Shown here one piece after another: positions 60,573 to 64,000 of a stretch of DNA of 64,000 nt. Within the stretch, counting starts at the first letter, position 1. Every line of letters begins with the position of its first letter. A model generated the notes under the pieces. It saw nothing but the letters and a program-made list of their open reading frames with translations. It had not been told where the DNA came from and ran no database searches. Position numbers and translations under genes: made by a program. Source of the DNA: Spirochaetota bacterium (GTDB lineage: Bacteria; Spirochaetota; UBA4802; UBA5550); NCBI GenBank assembly GCA_050298055.1, contig JBNKTL010000006.1:34851-98850 (forward strand), in the 5' to 3' direction.

Positions 60573-61481
60573 ATGAATACCGATACCATTGACTTTATAC
60601 GTTCGGTCCTGCCCCGGGGACGGACCCTTTTTTACAGCTTTCCCGACCGCTATGCGCTGTTGCTCCTTGAACACGCCATGAAAAAAGAGGAATACTCAAT
60701 CAGCAGGCTCAAATCGTCCCGCTTCGCTCCGCTTCTGGAGAAAAAAATCGTTAAGGAGGTCCTGGCACGGCAGGGGGGAGGGAAACTGAAAGCCGATGAT
60801 CTTAAAGAGTGGTGGCCGCCCCGGCCGGAAGCATACCGGCTGACCCTGGGGACCTGGCCCGACCTGGACAAAAAGCCGGGAAAATCCTGGAGCCAGGTTA
60901 CCCGCTGGGGCTGGAACCTTGTGCTGCAGCTAAACTTCGATGCGTCACATAAACGCCGGCTGAAAGAGCTGGTCCCGGACTGGGAGGGACTTATAGAGTA
61001 CAGCGACCATCCTATTGCAGATGGGAATGAACTGACCCTTGCCTGGTCACGAATAGACCTTGATCTTGATACCGGCGAAGCGCTTATTGAGGAGATCCAG
61101 TCTGACTGGGTACGGGACGTGAAGTCAGTTGCCCGTGAAGACTACTGGAACAATAATGAAGCATGGAACCGGTATTTTGAAGATGTTCTCCAGCCGGAAA
61201 CAAAGCGCTGGGCTGAAACAATGCTTACCGCCACTCTCTGGTTCCTCCTGAACGAGATCGGTATCCGGAGCATTTTTTATCATACATTTGAAACCGGCAG
61301 CAAATTAAAGAACATCCGGGAGTGGCAGCCACCGAGGTCACTCTACACCGATCTCCCGAAAAAGTTCTGTTTTGAAATCACCCACAACGGTCCCCTCTTT
61401 ATCAGGGACTCCGCAAAACGTGACCTTCGACATTCTTTTATCGACCCCGAAACCCGGTGGTATCTCCTTGAATTTAACTGA
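60573..61481 (+). CDS. Conserved-looking hypothetical protein with IEEIQSDW motif
   Basis: 302-aa ORF; QVTRWG.NLVLQLNF, TLAWSRIDLD..TGEALIEEIQSDW, PPRSLYT.LP..FCF. Confidence 0.8.
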   Translation: MNTDTIDFIRSVLPRGRTLFYSFPDRYALLLLEHAMKKEEYSISRLKSSRFAPLLEKKIVKEVLARQGGGKLKADDLKEWWPPRPEAYRLTLGTWPDLDKKPGKSWSQVTRWGWNLVLQLNFDASHKRRLKELVPDWEGLIEYSDHPIADGNELTLAWSRIDLDLDTGEALIEEIQSDWVRDVKSVAREDYWNNNEAWNRYFEDVLQPETKRWAETMLTATLWFLLNEIGIRSIFYHTFETGSKLKNIREWQPPRSLYTDLPKKFCFEITHNGPLFIRDSAKRDLRHSFIDPETRWYLLEFN

Positions 61482-61490
61482 ATGCTTAAT

Positions 61491-61627
61491 TACTGCTCAG
61501 CTCTATGGCTATAACCAACCTGTTTATTAAAATATCAACAATATATCCCCCGCCTCCCAAGGCGGCGGGAAGATAGCAGTTATTTGATTAATGAATATGA
61601 TAATTCCTGTGCGAAGTTTGAGTAGTA
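61491..61627 (+). mobile_element. Family A MITE-like element, copy 5 (both terminal IRs visible)
   Basis: TACTGCTCA ... degenerate central hairpin ... TGAGTAGTA; 68 bp on each side of the loop; fills the gap between two convergent genes. Confidence 0.75.
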
Positions 61628-61633
61628 CAATCT

Positions 61634-62836
61634 TTATTTCAAATAGACAAGACGTATGGTATCCAGCAGGTCAGTTGAAATCTCAACACTTTTTGGATTG
61701 AGAGATTCATCGCTGAAATGTGTCTTTGCACTATTGAGGCCGGAAAGTGATGAAAACTTCAGGTCCAGAGTATAATTGCTCTCTTTCGGCAAAGGACCCA
61801 GGACAAAACCATCAGTACAGCATCCGGACCATTTAAAACCAATATCTGATGCTCCCAGACTGTCATCCCAGGTCCAGTTATTATCCTCACTGTCATCTCT
61901 GACAACAAAGGAGAGCCCCCTGTCAGCAAGACCTTCACTTGTTAAATTAACGTCCGCCGCCCCCCCGGAACCGTCCAGGGCCGCATCGAATACTACAACA
62001 AGATAATCCTCTTCATTCATATCCTGAAGAATAAAAGTCTGAATAACATTACTTTCATTAAGAATAATATCACCGTTATAAGATCTCCAATTGGTATCTC
62101 CGTAGGAATAATAATCAACAGCTGTTCTATTGTTAACAATAACAGGAAAGTCATAGGATGCAACCAGGCTGCCATTATAGTAAACCTGGTATTTTTTTTG
62201 AAAAAGTCTATGTGTAAAGTAAGTGGCCCAGCATTTTCCCGGGAAATCAAAACCTTCTGCCCAGGCTGGTTGAATTCTTAGGTGAGAACACTTTTCATGG
62301 CGGCGCTCTTCAGTTTCGTTTATTTTTACCAGGGCGTGTGCTGCTATGAAGAGATCACTCCCCGCCTCAAAATTCTTCTCCTGAATACTTATTTTATATG
62401 TGTATTCATTTACTTTCTTTGTATGCCATGTTTTGAATTCAAATCTGCAAAGTTTCGGGTTGCCATTTTTTGTCTGCGGAATCGCTTCCAGGCTGCTTTC
62501 AACTGCCAGATAGGTCATGAGCAGTGTTGAGGTTGAACTGAACTTCACATACAGATAACGGGTATCATTCCATACAACTACATCTCCGAGGTCCCGGTCC
62601 CCTCTTGTACGAAGATCAGCCACGGTCTGAAGTTCTATGACTTCCGGGAAAAGGGAACCTGTTTCATCTTCACTCTGATCACCCGGCATATCAGAAGAAT
62701 TTGAACCATCAGCATGCTCATCCACTGTTGTTCTGCCGGTATTGTCACCCTGTTTTCCCTCTGAATGATAATCACAGGCGGCAACAAACAAATTCATTAT
62801 AACAATAGTTATAATTAAAAAGGATATTTTTTTCAT
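61634..62836 (-). CDS. Hypothetical two-domain beta-rich lipoprotein
   Basis: Lipobox VAAC, low-complexity linker, IPQTKNGNP..F / IAAHA / AWA.G..F..WA.YF domain, C-terminal WSGCCTDG domain. Confidence 0.75.
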   Translation of the reverse strand: MKKISFLIITIVIMNLFVAACDYHSEGKQGDNTGRTTVDEHADGSNSSDMPGDQSEDETGSLFPEVIELQTVADLRTRGDRDLGDVVVWNDTRYLYVKFSSTSTLLMTYLAVESSLEAIPQTKNGNPKLCRFEFKTWHTKKVNEYTYKISIQEKNFEAGSDLFIAAHALVKINETEERRHEKCSHLRIQPAWAEGFDFPGKCWATYFTHRLFQKKYQVYYNGSLVASYDFPVIVNNRTAVDYYSYGDTNWRSYNGDIILNESNVIQTFILQDMNEEDYLVVVFDAALDGSGGAADVNLTSEGLADRGLSFVVRDDSEDNNWTWDDSLGASDIGFKWSGCCTDGFVLGPLPKESNYTLDLKFSSLSGLNSAKTHFSDESLNPKSVEISTDLLDTIRLVYLK

Positions 62837-63044
62837 TTTACACTTATACTCTTGCTTGCGAATCAAAAGTTTTTTTCATTGATTTTTTATTGTAAAGATA
62901 GCTCCCGGAAAGGAATTTTCAAGCATACCGAAGTAATTTTTTCTGTCAAGAACAATTTCTCATAATTCGATCCTTCTTTTCCCTTAAAATAAGAGACTCC
63001 ATCATGAAATAATATAAGACTTTATATGACATTTTCAAGTGTGA

Positions 63045-63100
63045 TGTAATGAACGCTACAGAGAGTGTAATAAACGCTACATAAAATGTAATGAATGACA
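63045..63100. promoter_or_regulatory. Three direct repeats with 21-bp period (candidate activator sites)
   Basis: TGTAATGAACGCTACA (63045), TGTAATAAACGCTACA (63066), TGTAATGAATGACA (63087). Confidence 0.65.
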
Positions 63101-63350
63101 TGCAGTTGAAAAAATCTTTTTCAGACCCCTGTTTACGGATATTTGTTGACAATATATGTTTACCTGTTATTCTTTTCAAACTTTCCGGTTTAGTGATTCA
63201 ACTTTTATACTGAAAGTGAAATAGATCTTTTCAGTTACCCCGTAGCTGAAAATGTCAGGTAAAGAACAGTATAATTGTCGCAGAATTATACATTTATTCA
63301 TAGCCGGGTTGTTAACAATTTACTTCAATATTACCAGGGAGGTAAGTTCC

Positions 63351-63956
63351 ATGTTCAGGTATAGCCCCAGAAAAAATCCCGTTTCTCTTCTTCCAATTTT
63401 TGTCATTTTTCTCCTCTTTTCGTTCACTGCCACTCCTCTTTTTTCCAGCAACCTCTCCGAAGCAAAAAGACTCCGGGAAAAATGCGAGAAGGAGATCAAA
63501 ATCCTTGAAATTGCAGTAATGAATTTTGGAGACACGTCCGATCATGACAATTTTAAAAAAGGAACAAAGCTGGTAAAACTGGGAAAGGTCAAGTTCGTCC
63601 AGTCGAAATATCCCGAAGCAATTGAAAAATATAAAAGTTATCTTAAACTGCAGTTTTACCTCTATGAGAGCCTGGCGAAAAAATATTCCTCAAGAACGGC
63701 AAAACTGGTAGATGATATAGCGGAAGACCTGGTTGACCATGTTGACAATAAAAAAGTGGAAAAGTATCTAAGGCTTGCAAGTCAAAACGTTAAGGACGGA
63801 AAATCCACTCTGCTCAATAAACACTATAAAAACTCTATCGGCCTTTTTAGAAACGCAAAAAATTATGCTATTCAATCATATAAACTGGTCGGGAAAAGTA
63901 TCCCCGATCAATACAAAAAAGACATGGCGGATATTGACGGCAGGATATTTAAATAA
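63351..63956 (+). CDS. Secreted all-helical hypothetical protein
   Basis: GGGAGG RBS before MFRYS, signal peptide, helical TPR-like mature region. Confidence 0.75.
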   Translation: MFRYSPRKNPVSLLPIFVIFLLFSFTATPLFSSNLSEAKRLREKCEKEIKILEIAVMNFGDTSDHDNFKKGTKLVKLGKVKFVQSKYPEAIEKYKSYLKLQFYLYESLAKKYSSRTAKLVDDIAEDLVDHVDNKKVEKYLRLASQNVKDGKSTLLNKHYKNSIGLFRNAKNYAIQSYKLVGKSIPDQYKKDMADIDGRIFK

Positions 63957-64000
63957 AGGCAGTCTTTTTCATAATTCGAAGTCGTACGAGAGCTTCATGA

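Noticed and set aside
20577..61627. Family A elements as integron attC sites or CRISPR repeats
   Set aside because: TAAC...GTTA ends and size are attC-like, but the RYYYAAC/GTTRRRY boxes fit poorly. The copies are kilobases apart, in both orientations and among core genes, with no intI or cas genes and no spacer-length periodicity.
1..64000. tRNA/rRNA genes, transposases, integrases, selenocysteine read-through
   Set aside because: No T-loop/cloverleaf signature, recombinase motif or in-frame TGA splitting a recognisable domain was seen

Overview
A 64-kb bacterial chromosomal segment. The gene content suggests a free-living Spirochaetota lineage related to the Leptospirae (inference from a DUF1554/endostatin-like lipoprotein, a 7TM-AraC regulator, several STAS proteins and a SpoIIE hybrid kinase). 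The left third is mostly a long minus-strand core block: CoA-transferase, EFR1 ferrodoxin, HK-REC-PP2C hybrid, amrS, bactofilin, polyprenyl synthase, comF, queC, mreB-mreC-mreD-mrdA-rodA and eda. The rest is accessory and metabolic: STAS pair, Fe-ADH, AMP nucleosidase, PstS-like protein plus hybrid kinase, a collapsed pnuC-nadR locus, an ankyrin/DUF4303-like gene bracketed by a 102-bp duplication of the neighbouring gene's 3' end, a radical SAM plus stand-alone E2-type acyltransferase pair, two convergent TolC+RND operons with no adaptor gene flanking an AT-rich toxin-antitoxin islet (one VapC frameshifted), and methyltransferases. I saw no rRNA, tRNA, CRISPR array, transposase, integrase or reverse transcriptase. 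The most striking unexplained signal is non-coding: five dispersed copies of a ~137-bp symmetric element with a central 16-bp GC hairpin showing compensatory changes, plus at least three other families of short palindromic or tandem intergenic repeats. All functional calls come from motif recognition by eye; no database searches were run.
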